Assembly (NCBI GenBank): GCA_022750375.1
Contig: JAKIVU010000001.1
Coordinates: forward strand, 30,695 to 94,694
Source: Thermoplasmata archaeon
GTDB lineage: Archaea; Thermoplasmatota; Thermoplasmata; Lutacidiplasmatales; UBA184
Length of the DNA stretch: 64,000 bases
Reading direction: 5' to 3'
This document shows, piece after piece, positions 27,621 to 37,552 of the stretch. Every line of letters begins with the position of its first letter. The stretch's first letter is position 1. The translations under genes were made by a program, and so were the position numbers. The notes beneath the pieces are model-generated. The model was not told the DNA's origin. It was given only the letters and a program-made list of their open reading frames with translations, and ran no database searches.

Positions 27621-28495
27621 GTCCGGCCTACGGGGGAGGCGACCGCCGGCCCGGCGGGCCGCCGGCACTCGCCCCTCCACCCCCCTGGTTGCCGAAGACC
27701 GAGCTCGGCAAGCGCGTCGCGGCGGACGAGATCACCACGATGAGCGCCGCGCTCGCCACCGGTCTGCCGCTCCGCGAGCCGCAGATCGTCGACAAGCTCC
27801 TCCCCGGACTCCACGACGAGGTCCTCGATGTGAACATGGTCCAGCGCATGACCGACTCCGGTCGTCGGTTCAAGTTCGCCGTCACGGTCGTCGTCGGGAA
27901 CGGCGACGGGTTCGTCGGGCTCGGACGTGCGAAGGGCCGAGAAGTCGGACCGACCATTCGTCGCGCGATCGACCGTGCGAAGCTCGGCGTGATCGAAGTC
28001 CTCCGCGGATGCGGAAGCTGGGAGTGCGGCTGCGGCCGTTCCCACACGCTCCCGTTCCTCGTGCACGGCCGTTCGGGTTCGGTCGTCGTCACGTTCAAAC
28101 CGGCCCCCCGGGGCGTGGGTCTCGCGGTCGGAGGGGTGGCGAAGCCGGTGCTCCGATTCGCCGGGATCACCGACGCCTGGGGGTACACCGCCGGCCACTC
28201 GAAGACCACCGTGAACTACGCGCAGGCGGCCTACCGAACCCTCGTCGCGCTCTCCGAACTGAAGGTCCCTCCGGAGGACGCGGCTCGCCTCAAGATCGTT
28301 CGTGGCCCGATCGGAACGTCGATCCTGCCTCCGAAGGAGGAGGGAGCCCGCCCGATGCGTGGCGGGCGCGGTGGCCGACGCCCCGGTGGGCGCGGTGGTC
28401 CGCCCGGACGCGGCGGGCCGGGACGGGGCGGACCGGGGGCGCCGGGCGGTGGCCCCGGCGGGGCACGGCGGCCCGGACCGCCGACAGGAAGGTAA
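27617..28495 (+). CDS. rps5: 30S ribosomal protein S5 with RGG-rich C-tail
   Basis: VQRMTDSGRR, GCGSWECGC, PAPRGVGL. Confidence 0.96.
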   Translation: MSPAYGGGDRRPGGPPALAPPPPWLPKTELGKRVAADEITTMSAALATGLPLREPQIVDKLLPGLHDEVLDVNMVQRMTDSGRRFKFAVTVVVGNGDGFVGLGRAKGREVGPTIRRAIDRAKLGVIEVLRGCGSWECGCGRSHTLPFLVHGRSGSVVVTFKPAPRGVGLAVGGVAKPVLRFAGITDAWGYTAGHSKTTVNYAQAAYRTLVALSELKVPPEDAARLKIVRGPIGTSILPPKEEGARPMRGGRGGRRPGGRGGPPGRGGPGRGGPGAPGGGPGGARRPGPPTGR

Positions 28496-28499
28496 CAAC

Positions 28500-28958
28500 A
28501 TGGCGTGGATGGTGGTACGGGTGCGCGGAACGATTCATGCGCGGCACGACGTCGTGGAGACGTTGCAGTTCCTCCACCTGACCCGACCCAACAACGCGAC
28601 CGTGCTCCCCGAGGCAGCGTCGTTCAAGGGGATGCTCACGAAGGTCCAAGGGTACGTCACCTGGGGCGAGGCCGAGCCCGAGACCGTCAGTCTGCTACTG
28701 CAGGAACGCGGCGAGACCCTCGAGGGGAAACGCATCACCCCGGAGGTGCTCGGCGACGAGCTCCGGGCGAAGGACCTCCCCGAACTCACGCGCTCCGCGC
28801 TGGAGCGGGGGCTTCCCCCGATCGCCGGGCTCCGTCCCCGGTTCCGACTCAAGGCGCCGAAAGGCGGCTGGCGTTCGACCAAGAAGCCGTATGCCCTCGG
28901 AGGGGCGCTCGGCTACCGCGGGCGCTCGATCAACGACCTCGTCCGCCGGATGATGTAA
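28500..28958 (+). CDS. rpl30: 50S ribosomal protein L30
   Basis: VVRVRG, YVTWGE, GGALGYRG. Confidence 0.95.
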   Translation: MAWMVVRVRGTIHARHDVVETLQFLHLTRPNNATVLPEAASFKGMLTKVQGYVTWGEAEPETVSLLLQERGETLEGKRITPEVLGDELRAKDLPELTRSALERGLPPIAGLRPRFRLKAPKGGWRSTKKPYALGGALGYRGRSINDLVRRMM

Positions 28959-28968
28959 GGAGGTCGAC

Positions 28969-29415
28969 ATGCCGAGCCGTACACGAAAGTTCCGTGGTCT
29001 GCGCACCCACGGACGAGGGATCAAGGCCGGACGCGGCGCGGGCAAGCAGGGCGGCCGAGGCAACGCCGGCCTGCACAAGTACAAGTTCAAGTCGATGCTG
29101 ATCTACGCGCCGAACCACTTCGGGCGGCACGGCTTTCAGCGGCCCCCCGAGATCGTCGCGCGACCGACGTCGATCAACGTGGGGGAGCTCGACTCGTTCG
29201 TCCCGGTCCTCGAGGCGGCCGGCGCCCTCTCGCGGGATGGGGAGGCGTTCGTCGCCGACCTGACGAAGGCCGGGGTCGACCGACTGCTCGGCAAGGGTTC
29301 CTCCGACCGCTCCTGGAAGGTCATCGTGGCCCACGCGACCCGCCACGCCCGCGAGAAGGTCGCGGTCGTCGACGCGGCGAAGGCGGCCGCTCCCGCCAGC
29401 GCGGGTTCCCCGTAG
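28969..29415 (+). CDS. rpl15: 50S ribosomal protein L15
   Basis: RGLRTHG, GGRGNAG, FGRHGF. Confidence 0.95.
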   Translation: MPSRTRKFRGLRTHGRGIKAGRGAGKQGGRGNAGLHKYKFKSMLIYAPNHFGRHGFQRPPEIVARPTSINVGELDSFVPVLEAAGALSRDGEAFVADLTKAGVDRLLGKGSSDRSWKVIVAHATRHAREKVAVVDAAKAAAPASAGSP

Positions 29416-29416
29416 A

Positions 29417-29427
29417 CTATATAAATC
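29417..29427 (+). promoter_or_regulatory. TATA box upstream of secY
   Basis: CTATATAAAT ~26-30 nt before ATG 29452 (leaderless-type spacing). Confidence 0.6.
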
Positions 29428-29451
29428 GGGCTCGGGGTCATCGGCCGTTCG

Positions 29452-31218
29452 ATGGTGGACGAGGAGATTCCCCGCGACAACCGGTGGGCGGTCGCGCTCG
29501 CCGTCGTCGGCATCGCGCTCCTCGCGTTGATCTGGGAGTGGGCCCATCCGACCGTCGTCGCCTTCGGGGTCGCGTCGGCGATCGTCTTCATCGTGATGAC
29601 CCTGTTCTATCTGGGACTCTCCTACCAGGGAACACGCTCGCGCCTGTACGGTCTGAAACCGATCACGACGCGCATGCCCGCGGTCTCGCAGCCGAAGGGC
29701 CACGTCCATTTCCGGACGAAGATGTTCTGGACGATCGGCGTCCTCCTCACGTATTTCCTGCTCACCAACATCTACCTCTTCGGCGTCGACCAGGCGACCG
29801 TCATCGACCTGTTCGCCAGCTACCGCGCCATCCTCGCCGGCGCGCAAGGGACGCTCATGCACCTCGGGATCGGCCCGATCGTCACCGGGTCGATCATCAT
29901 GCAGTTATTCACCGGCGCGAAGATCATCAACCTCGACCTCACGGACGATGAGGACAAGGGTACCTACCAGGGGACGCAGAAGGTCCTCGTCATCGCGATG
30001 ATCTTCATCGAGGCGGTGCCGCAGGTCTTCGGGTACCTGACGCCGTCCGCGAGCCTGGTCACCTCGCTCGGTCAGGTCTCGCCGGGAAACGGGCTCCTGC
30101 TGGGCAACGCGATCATCATCGCGCAACTCGTCTTCGGCAGCTACCTCGTCTTCCTGATGGACGAGGTCGTGTCGAAATGGGGGATCGGCAGCGGGATCTC
30201 GCTGTTCATCGCGGCCGGCGTCTCGCAACAGATCATCCAGGGTACCCTCAACTGGGTTCCCCAAACGCCCGGCGCGGCGATCTCCGCGGCGAATCCGCCG
30301 AGCGGGACGATCCCGAAGACGATCTACTTCTTCACCCACTTTTCCGCGTCCCAAATGGCGAGCGGCGGCTGGGAGCTCGTCTTGTTACGGGCGCCGAATC
30401 CGATCATCGCTCTCGTGGGAACGGCCGCGATCTTCTTCCTGGTGGCCTGGACGGAGTCGACCCGGATCGAGCTCCCCCTCTCGCACGCCGAGTCCCGGGG
30501 GGCGCGGGGACGGTACCCGCTGCGCCTGATCTACGCGTCCAACATCCCCGTGATCCTGATGAGCGCCCTGCTCGCCAATGTCTCCGTCTTCACCATCCTT
30601 CTCTGGACGAACCCGACCCTCGTCCACTTCCCGCTCATCGGCCATCAATGGTGGATAGGGTCGTACCCGACGGCCGCGCAAGCGTCGTTAATGGGCGTCA
30701 GCCAAACGCAGCCGTTAACGGGCGGAGCCTACTATTTCTCGACGGTCAACGGCTTAGAGGCCTGGCTGTTACCGATCCTCAACTACCAGCAGTACGGAAG
30801 CTTCCTCGTCGGCCACGCCTGGTGGCAGGGGCTGATCCACGTCGGCGTCTACTTCGGTGCGATGGTCGGCGGCTCGATCCTGTTCGCCAAGTTCTGGATC
30901 CAGACGACCAACATGGGCCCCGAGGCGGTCGCTCGCCAGATCGAGGCGTCGGGGATGCAGATCCCCGGTTTCCGTAGAGAGCCGCGCGTCTTGCGTCGGG
31001 TGCTCGAACGGTACATCCCGGTCATCACGGTGATCTCGGGGGCCGCCGTGGGTGCGCTCGCGGCCGGCGCCGACCTCATAGGGACGCTTGGCAATGCCAG
31101 TGGTACGGGGGTGCTCCTCATGGTCGGGATCATCATCAACCTCTACGAGGCGATGGGTCGCGAGCAGCTGATGGAGATGAACCCGCTCCTCCGGCGCTTC
31201 CTGGGTGGCGAGACGTAG
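29452..31218 (+). CDS. secY: Preprotein translocase SecY (long form)
   Basis: LGIGPIVT, KWGIGSGISLFIA, YASNIPVIL, GTGVLLMV. Confidence 0.96.
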   Translation: MVDEEIPRDNRWAVALAVVGIALLALIWEWAHPTVVAFGVASAIVFIVMTLFYLGLSYQGTRSRLYGLKPITTRMPAVSQPKGHVHFRTKMFWTIGVLLTYFLLTNIYLFGVDQATVIDLFASYRAILAGAQGTLMHLGIGPIVTGSIIMQLFTGAKIINLDLTDDEDKGTYQGTQKVLVIAMIFIEAVPQVFGYLTPSASLVTSLGQVSPGNGLLLGNAIIIAQLVFGSYLVFLMDEVVSKWGIGSGISLFIAAGVSQQIIQGTLNWVPQTPGAAISAANPPSGTIPKTIYFFTHFSASQMASGGWELVLLRAPNPIIALVGTAAIFFLVAWTESTRIELPLSHAESRGARGRYPLRLIYASNIPVILMSALLANVSVFTILLWTNPTLVHFPLIGHQWWIGSYPTAAQASLMGVSQTQPLTGGAYYFSTVNGLEAWLLPILNYQQYGSFLVGHAWWQGLIHVGVYFGAMVGGSILFAKFWIQTTNMGPEAVARQIEASGMQIPGFRREPRVLRRVLERYIPVITVISGAAVGALAAGADLIGTLGNASGTGVLLMVGIIINLYEAMGREQLMEMNPLLRRFLGGET

Positions 31219-31222
31219 TCCG

Positions 31223-32077
31223 ATGCCGACCGACGAGGAGCCGCTGCCGTCCAGCACCGCGCTCGAGCTCTCCTCGACCGACGAGGCCGACCTCGAGGCG
31301 GAACAGGAGGCGGCGACCGAGGCCGACCCGACCCCGAAACGACCCGCGGCTCCCGCGTTCAAGATCTCGACGTTCATCTACGTCTTCCTCGGGATGCTCG
31401 GCCTCTTGATGATCATCGATACGGCGGCACGGAACAGCGTCGCCTGCCTGCTCGGGACGTATACGGTGCTGTCCCCCCTCGGCCCGACGACGTGCGCGAC
31501 CGGTGGAGGCCCTCTCTATTTCGTGATCGGATTCCAGAGCCACTACCTCCTCCTCACGATGGCGATCGCCGGCGCGATCGAGATGCTGATCACCGCCGTC
31601 GCCTACAACTACACGACCGACTGGATCAAGGCGGCCAAGGTCCAGAAGTGGAGCGCGGCGTTCCGCAAGGTGCAGATGGAGGCGATTCGGTCGGGGAAGA
31701 AGGACCGTATCGCGGCGTTGAAGCCCCACCAGGAGCGGCTCACGCGCCTCTCGAGCGAAGTCTCGATCGCCCAGTTCAAGGGGATGGCGATCACTTGGTT
31801 CCTGCTGATCCTGATCTACACGTGGGTCGGCCTTCTCATCGCCGCCGCGTCGCCGGTCGCCCAGACCGTGAGCCTGGGTGGAACAGTGGTGAACCTCTAC
31901 TTGTACAGGGTGGCCGGCTACTTCCCCCTGTGGTTCTTCATCTTCAGCCTGTACACCATTCCGTTCTCTCTCGTCTTCCGCCGGGTCCTGAAGAACTACT
32001 GGCTGCGTCGACACCTGGACGGGAAACCGACCCCGCCCACACCTCCGGCCGTGGGAGCAGCCGGGGGTTCGGCGTGA
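31223..32077 (+). CDS. DUF106 / EMC3-TMCO1 (Oxa1 superfamily) membrane insertase
   Basis: TM, coiled coil, FKGM, TMs; conserved position after secY. Confidence 0.85.
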   Translation: MPTDEEPLPSSTALELSSTDEADLEAEQEAATEADPTPKRPAAPAFKISTFIYVFLGMLGLLMIIDTAARNSVACLLGTYTVLSPLGPTTCATGGGPLYFVIGFQSHYLLLTMAIAGAIEMLITAVAYNYTTDWIKAAKVQKWSAAFRKVQMEAIRSGKKDRIAALKPHQERLTRLSSEVSIAQFKGMAITWFLLILIYTWVGLLIAAASPVAQTVSLGGTVVNLYLYRVAGYFPLWFFIFSLYTIPFSLVFRRVLKNYWLRRHLDGKPTPPTPPAVGAAGGSA

Positions 32078-32622
32078 TCGGGTGGGTCATCGCGATCGGG
32101 GGCCCTCCCGGCAGCGGAAAATCGACCGCCGGCCGGCGGGTGGCGGAGCGACTCGAGCTCGGGTACCACTCGGCCGGCGAGCTGTTCCGGGCCGAGGCGG
32201 CGCGCCGTTCGATGGACCTCGAGGCGTTCGGAAGGTACGCGGAAGCCCACCCGGAGGTCGACCGGGAGCTCGACCTCGTCATGCAGGCGCTCGCCCGCCC
32301 CGGGCAGGTGCTCGACGGTCGGATCCAGGGAATTCTCTGTCGGAGGAACGGAACGCCCGTCCGCTCGATCATTGTGACCGCGGACGCTGCCGAGCGGGTC
32401 CGGCGGGTCGCGCAGCGGGACGGGCAGTCGGTGGCCGAGGCCACGGAGCGCGTCCGGGCCCGCGAGGCGAGCGAACGCGCGCGGTACGCGAAGTTCTACG
32501 GGATCGACGTCGACCGCGAACCCGCCGACCTGACGATTGACTCGACGCATCGCCCTCCCGCCGAGGTAGCGAGCGCGATCGTCGACTTCGTCCGCGCCCC
32601 TTCCGCCGAGCGCTCCGAATGA
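32074..32622 (+). CDS. cmk: Cytidylate kinase
   Basis: IGGPPGSGKST, SAGELFR, DGRI, RYAKFYGID. Confidence 0.9.
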   Translation: MIGWVIAIGGPPGSGKSTAGRRVAERLELGYHSAGELFRAEAARRSMDLEAFGRYAEAHPEVDRELDLVMQALARPGQVLDGRIQGILCRRNGTPVRSIIVTADAAERVRRVAQRDGQSVAEATERVRAREASERARYAKFYGIDVDREPADLTIDSTHRPPAEVASAIVDFVRAPSAERSE

Positions 32623-33578
32623 CCGACCCGGTCATCGATCCCGTGGCGTCCCGCCTCGCCGAGGGTGCGTTCCTTCTGATCGACAAGCCCCGGGGTCCGT
32701 CGTCGCACCAAGTGACGGCGTGGGCCCGGGACCTCCTCGGGGTCGAACGGGCCGGCCACGCCGGCACCCTCGACCCGAACGTCTCGGGACTCCTCTGGGT
32801 AGGGGTCGGGCCCGCGCTCAAGCTGTTGCCGCTCGTCCTCGAATTCCCGAAGCGGTACGTCGGGGTCGTCGCGCTCCACGGAGCGGTGCCCGCGAAAGAG
32901 CTCGCGCGCGTCCTGGCGGAATTCACCGGTCCGGTCTACCAGACGCCCCCGGTCCGTTCGGCGGTGCGACGGGAGCGCCGGGTGCGCACGATCCACCGAC
33001 TCGAGCTCGTCGAATCGGTCGGGAACCGGCTTCTGATCGACGTCGTCGCGGAGTCGGGGACGTACATCCGGACGCTCGCGGTCGACCTCGGCGAGGCGCT
33101 CGGGGTCGGCGGCCATCTCGAAGAGCTCCGGCGGGTCGCCACGGGGCCGTTCGACGAGTCCCGGAGCGTGTCGCTTGCGACCCTCGCCGACGCGGTCGCC
33201 CGGCGCGCGACCGGTGACGCCGCGCCGCTCGTCGCCTTGCTCCACCCGATCGAGGAGGTCTGGAAGGAGTTCCCCGCGATCGTCGTCAAGGACGCCGCGG
33301 CGAGCGCGGTCGCGCACGGAGCGGGTCTCGCGAGCGGCGGCATCCTCGCGCTGCCTCAATCGTTCGCCCGCGGCGCCCGGGTCGCCCTCGTGAATCGCGC
33401 CGGTGCGCTCATCGCGACCGGCGTCGCGCGCCACGATGCCGCGGCCATGGGAGCGATCCCCCACGGTTGGGTGGTCGACGAAACCCGGGTGTTCGTGGAT
33501 TCCGCGCAGTTCCCCGCGCTCTGGCAGGGACCGCGAACGACGCGTCGCCCCGCCGCCGACGACGACGCAGTCCGCTAG
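32619..33578 (+). CDS. cbf5: H/ACA pseudouridine synthase Cbf5
   Basis: DKPRGPSSHQV, GHAGTLDP, GTYIR, PUA domain. Confidence 0.95.
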   Translation: MTDPVIDPVASRLAEGAFLLIDKPRGPSSHQVTAWARDLLGVERAGHAGTLDPNVSGLLWVGVGPALKLLPLVLEFPKRYVGVVALHGAVPAKELARVLAEFTGPVYQTPPVRSAVRRERRVRTIHRLELVESVGNRLLIDVVAESGTYIRTLAVDLGEALGVGGHLEELRRVATGPFDESRSVSLATLADAVARRATGDAAPLVALLHPIEEVWKEFPAIVVKDAAASAVAHGAGLASGGILALPQSFARGARVALVNRAGALIATGVARHDAAAMGAIPHGWVVDETRVFVDSAQFPALWQGPRTTRRPAADDDAVR

Positions 33579-33609
33579 GGTTATTTGGCCGGCTCGGTCG
33601 AACGCGACG

Positions 33610-36600
33610 ATGGCGCATCCCCCGGCACCTGCGGGCCCTGGAGGGACACGGCTTCTCGGCGGAATGGCGCGGTGGGTCGTGCGCCACCCGTGGTACCCGA
33701 TCATCTTCTGGGTCGCCCTGCTCCTGGTCACCGTCCCGTTCCTGTCGCTCATCGGGTCGGTGACGACGAACTCGACCCAGTCGTCCTCGCCCAACGCACC
33801 GAGCTCGCTCGCCAACGCCGAGCTCGCGCGACTGTTCCCGAACACGACGGGAGGTTCCTCGAGCACGATCCTGCTCACCGGACCGAATCTCACGGACGCG
33901 AACGCCCAGCGCGTCGTCCTCAACGTGACGAGCGCGCTCGAGGGGGATACCGCCCTCGCGGACCTCGGGTCCGTGAGCACCGTCTACTCGAGCTTCTCGC
34001 ACTACCTTGCGGGCCAGGGCGAGATCGCCACGGGCGTGATCGCGGCGGGGCTCGCGAGCACCCCCTCTGTCCCGGTCGCGGTGAACCAGACCGCGACGCT
34101 CTTCTGGGGTCCCCCCGGCCGCTTCCTCGGCACGTGGCAATCTCTCGTGGCGAACGGTAGCTCGCCGCAGGCGGCGAACTTTCCGGCCTATCAAAAGACC
34201 CTGACCGCGCTCGGGAACGCCACCGCCGAGATCACGATCCTCAACGCGTTCTATTCGGGGAACTCCACCGTGGCCGGCTTCAACGGCACGGCGGGCTGCT
34301 GGAACGACCCCCCGACCGTGGTCGCATGCTCCGATGCCACGGCCCGCGCCGCGGAGGCCGGTTGGATTCCCGCGTTGGTGCCCGTGCCGGCAGAACGGGC
34401 GGTGCCGTACGCGACGCTGGCTTCCCTCGGCATCGAGAACTTCACCCTTTGGCCGAGCGTCCAGTCGACCGTGGCGCTCGTGCTCGGAGAGGGCTCGGGA
34501 ATGTCGGGCGCCTGGGTCCTCCGGGTATGGCAGGCGTTCCCCACGGGGACCGCGACGCCCGCCGAGCTCGCGATCTGGGCCACCGAGCTGGTCGCCGCAT
34601 CGACCCTCGCGAGCGAGCCCCTCCCCGTCCCGCCGGCAATCTACACCGAGTTCGTCGACCCGAGCGGCACCGCCCAGATCGTCCAGCTCAGCTTCACGGT
34701 CGCCGACGACGCAACGAACGCGAGCGGCGGCGACCCGGTGTACGCCGACCTCGGACGGATCGACACCCTCGTCCCCGCCGTGGTGCATGCCTCCGACCCG
34801 ACCCGCTCGATCTCGTACGTGCAGACCGGTCCCGCTCCTCTCGACCTACTGACCCAGACGGCGGTGAACTCGTCGCTCGCGCTGGTGCTCCCTCTCACCG
34901 TGGGGCTCCTGCTCGTGATCTCGATGATCTACTTCCGGTCCCCGATGACCCCGCTCGTCACGTTCGGGATCCTCGGGATCGCGTTGGTCCTCGCCCTGGG
35001 CGGCACGGTGCTCATCGGCGAGCTGGTGGGCCACGTCGACTCGACCGCGCTCACGCTCGAGGAGGTGTTCGTCCTCGGGGTCGGGACGGACTACTCGATC
35101 TTCATGGTCGCGCGGTACCGGGAGGAGCTGGTCGCCGGAAAGAGCTCGGACGAGGCGATCGTTGCGTCGATCTCCTGGGCCGGCCAGTCGGTCGCGACGA
35201 GCGGGTCGACCGCGATCATCGCGACGCTCGCCCTCACGTTCAGCGGCGTCGCGCTCCTCGCGCAGTGGGGCGAAGTGCTCTCCCTCGCGATCTTGATCAC
35301 GGTCCTCGCGTCGCTCACGATGGTTCCCGCGTGCCTCAAGCTCGTCGGGCCCCGGATCTTCTGGCCGTCGACCGGCGAGCGGTTCCGACGCCGGGCGACC
35401 GTCGTCGCCGAACGGAACCGGACCGAGCAGACGTACTTCTACCAGGTCGGCCGCGCGACCCAGCGCCGTCCGGGCCTCACGGTCGGAGTGATCCTGCTCG
35501 TCTCGATCCCGCTGGTCCTCGTCGCGCTGCAGGTCCCCCTCTCGTACGACTTCTACGCGCAGCTCCCGAGCGGACATCCCGCGACCGACGGACTGAACGA
35601 GCTGGGCCAGCACTTCGGTCCGGGATTCGCGGTCCCGTCGTTCGCGCTCGTGACGTTCGCGTCGCCGCTGCTCGTTGGGAACGTGACCAATGCGACCGAA
35701 TTCACGGACTTAGCGTCGCTCACCGCACTCGCGAACGGTACCTCGGGGATCGCCTCGGTCTCCTCCCCGGTCGGCCCGGACGGCGGTTCGCTCTCGCAGT
35801 GGCTCAGCCTCTCGACTCTCCCGTCCGCGACCCGTACGAACCTGCTCGGAGTCCTTTCCGGATTCATCGGCACCGACGGCCGAACGGTGCTCCTCTCGAT
35901 GCAGCCGTCGTCGAGCGGTCTCTCCGTGGGTGCCGTCAACGCCGTGCAGTCGGTGCAATCGTCGTTCTCGGGATTCGCCTCCGCCCATCCCGAGGTCGCT
36001 TCCGTCGCGTACGGCGGGGGGGCGCCGACGATCAGCGACCTCGCCGACGAGACCCAGACCGCGACCGAGTACCTCGTCTTCGCGGTGAGCGTCGGCCTGG
36101 TGGTCGTCCTGCTGGTCGTCCTTCGGTCGTGGATCATCGCCCTGATGGCGATCGGAACGATCGGCATCTCGATCGGCTGGGCGTGGGCGGTGACGTACCT
36201 CGTTTTCGAGGGGGTGCTCGGGTTCCCGCTGTTCTTCTACGTCCGGACGATCCTGTTCATCCTGATCCTGGGCCTCGGCATCGACTACAACATCTTCCTG
36301 CTCACCCGGGTCCGGGAGGAGCGCGTACGGGGACGCAGCGCGGGGGACGCCGCGGTGGAGGCGGTCGCCCGGACCGGCGGGATCATCACCGCCGCGGCGG
36401 TCATCCTCGCGAGCGCGTTCGGTGCCCTGATGGTCGGCGAGTTCACGCTCATCCGGGCGATCGGCTTCTCCGTCGCGGTCGCGGTCCTCCTCGACGCGAT
36501 GGTCGTCCGCACGTACCTCGTCCCCGCGTCACTGCAGCTCCTCGGGGAGCGGGTCTGGAGCTTGAGCGGGCGCCGCCCCAAACCTTCGCCCGTCGGACCG

Positions 36601-36651
36601 TCGACCTCCCCGGAAGCTTCGGACGCCGCCGCAGCGGTCGAGAGCGCTTAG
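33610..36651 (+). CDS. MMPL/RND family transporter
   Basis: GVGTDYSIF and GLGIDYNIFLLTRVREE in two TM repeats. Confidence 0.92.
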   Translation: MAHPPAPAGPGGTRLLGGMARWVVRHPWYPIIFWVALLLVTVPFLSLIGSVTTNSTQSSSPNAPSSLANAELARLFPNTTGGSSSTILLTGPNLTDANAQRVVLNVTSALEGDTALADLGSVSTVYSSFSHYLAGQGEIATGVIAAGLASTPSVPVAVNQTATLFWGPPGRFLGTWQSLVANGSSPQAANFPAYQKTLTALGNATAEITILNAFYSGNSTVAGFNGTAGCWNDPPTVVACSDATARAAEAGWIPALVPVPAERAVPYATLASLGIENFTLWPSVQSTVALVLGEGSGMSGAWVLRVWQAFPTGTATPAELAIWATELVAASTLASEPLPVPPAIYTEFVDPSGTAQIVQLSFTVADDATNASGGDPVYADLGRIDTLVPAVVHASDPTRSISYVQTGPAPLDLLTQTAVNSSLALVLPLTVGLLLVISMIYFRSPMTPLVTFGILGIALVLALGGTVLIGELVGHVDSTALTLEEVFVLGVGTDYSIFMVARYREELVAGKSSDEAIVASISWAGQSVATSGSTAIIATLALTFSGVALLAQWGEVLSLAILITVLASLTMVPACLKLVGPRIFWPSTGERFRRRATVVAERNRTEQTYFYQVGRATQRRPGLTVGVILLVSIPLVLVALQVPLSYDFYAQLPSGHPATDGLNELGQHFGPGFAVPSFALVTFASPLLVGNVTNATEFTDLASLTALANGTSGIASVSSPVGPDGGSLSQWLSLSTLPSATRTNLLGVLSGFIGTDGRTVLLSMQPSSSGLSVGAVNAVQSVQSSFSGFASAHPEVASVAYGGGAPTISDLADETQTATEYLVFAVSVGLVVVLLVVLRSWIIALMAIGTIGISIGWAWAVTYLVFEGVLGFPLFFYVRTILFILILGLGIDYNIFLLTRVREERVRGRSAGDAAVEAVARTGGIITAAAVILASAFGALMVGEFTLIRAIGFSVAVAVLLDAMVVRTYLVPASLQLLGERVWSLSGRRPKPSPVGPSTSPEASDAAAAVESA

Positions 36652-36667
36652 GCGCCGACGACCCCGA

Positions 36668-37108
36668 CTACTTCGCGAGGAACGCCGCGCGAGCGCGCGT
36701 GAGGTGGAGGTCGACCGACGAGGAGTCGATCACGTCCACGACCTTCCCCGACGGGTCGATGAGGAAGGTGACGCGCCGCGCGTTCCCGTGCGGGCCGAGG
36801 ACGCCGTAGAGGGTGGCGACCTTCTTGGCCGAATCCGCGATCAGAGGGAACGGGAAGCCGTACTTCGTTCGGAACGCCCGCTGCGCGTCACAGTCGTCCG
36901 TGCTCACCCCGATGACCTTCACGTTCTTCGCCTGGTACTCCGCGTAGACGTCGCGGAAGCCTTTCGACTCGGTCGTGCAGCCCGGAGTGTCGGCCTTCGG
37001 ATAGAAGTACATCACGACCGAAGAACCCCGGAGGGCAGAGGACCGGAACGTGGCTCCGGTGTGATCGGGGGCTTCGAATTCCGGCGCTTTCTCTCCAATT
37101 GCGACCAT
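36668..37108 (-). CDS. bcp: Peroxiredoxin Q (Bcp)
   Basis: YFYPKADTPGCTTE. Confidence 0.93.
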   Translation of the reverse strand: MVAIGEKAPEFEAPDHTGATFRSSALRGSSVVMYFYPKADTPGCTTESKGFRDVYAEYQAKNVKVIGVSTDDCDAQRAFRTKYGFPFPLIADSAKKVATLYGVLGPHGNARRVTFLIDPSGKVVDVIDSSSVDLHLTRARAAFLAK

Positions 37109-37173
37109 GGACCCCCGAGCCCTCCGGCCGTATTTGAAGTCGGAGACGAGACCGGGTCGGCGTCGCCGGCGGG

Positions 37174-37410
37174 TTATCCGACGCCGACCGTAACCAGCGT
37201 CTCGGTCGATTTAAGCCCCGGGATCCGCCGGATCTTGTGCACGACCGTGTCGAGGGCCTCGTTGATGTGCGGAGCCTGCACCTTCACGATCAGGTCGAAC
37301 GGACCCGTGACGGTGTGCACTTCGATGACCCCCGGGATCGCTTGCATGCGTCGAAGGACGTCTTCGAGCTTCCCGACCTCGACTTCGACGAGCAGGAACA
37401 ACGTCTCCAT
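37174..37410 (-). CDS. Stand-alone Lrp/AsnC ligand-binding (RAM) domain protein
   Basis: VTGPFDLIVKV...IRRIPGLKSTETL. Confidence 0.85.
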   Translation of the reverse strand: METLFLLVEVEVGKLEDVLRRMQAIPGVIEVHTVTGPFDLIVKVQAPHINEALDTVVHKIRRIPGLKSTETLVTVGVG

Positions 37411-37552
37411 CGGCCGCGCCTCGGGGCGTCACGGGCGGGGGCCCATTTCAAGCTAACGTGGCCGCGGGGGGCCACCGTTCGGTCGCCCCCGAACGGGCGC
37501 GAACTCCCCCGTCCAAAGGGTTATGCCCCGTCGGGGACCGCTCTCCCAAGGC

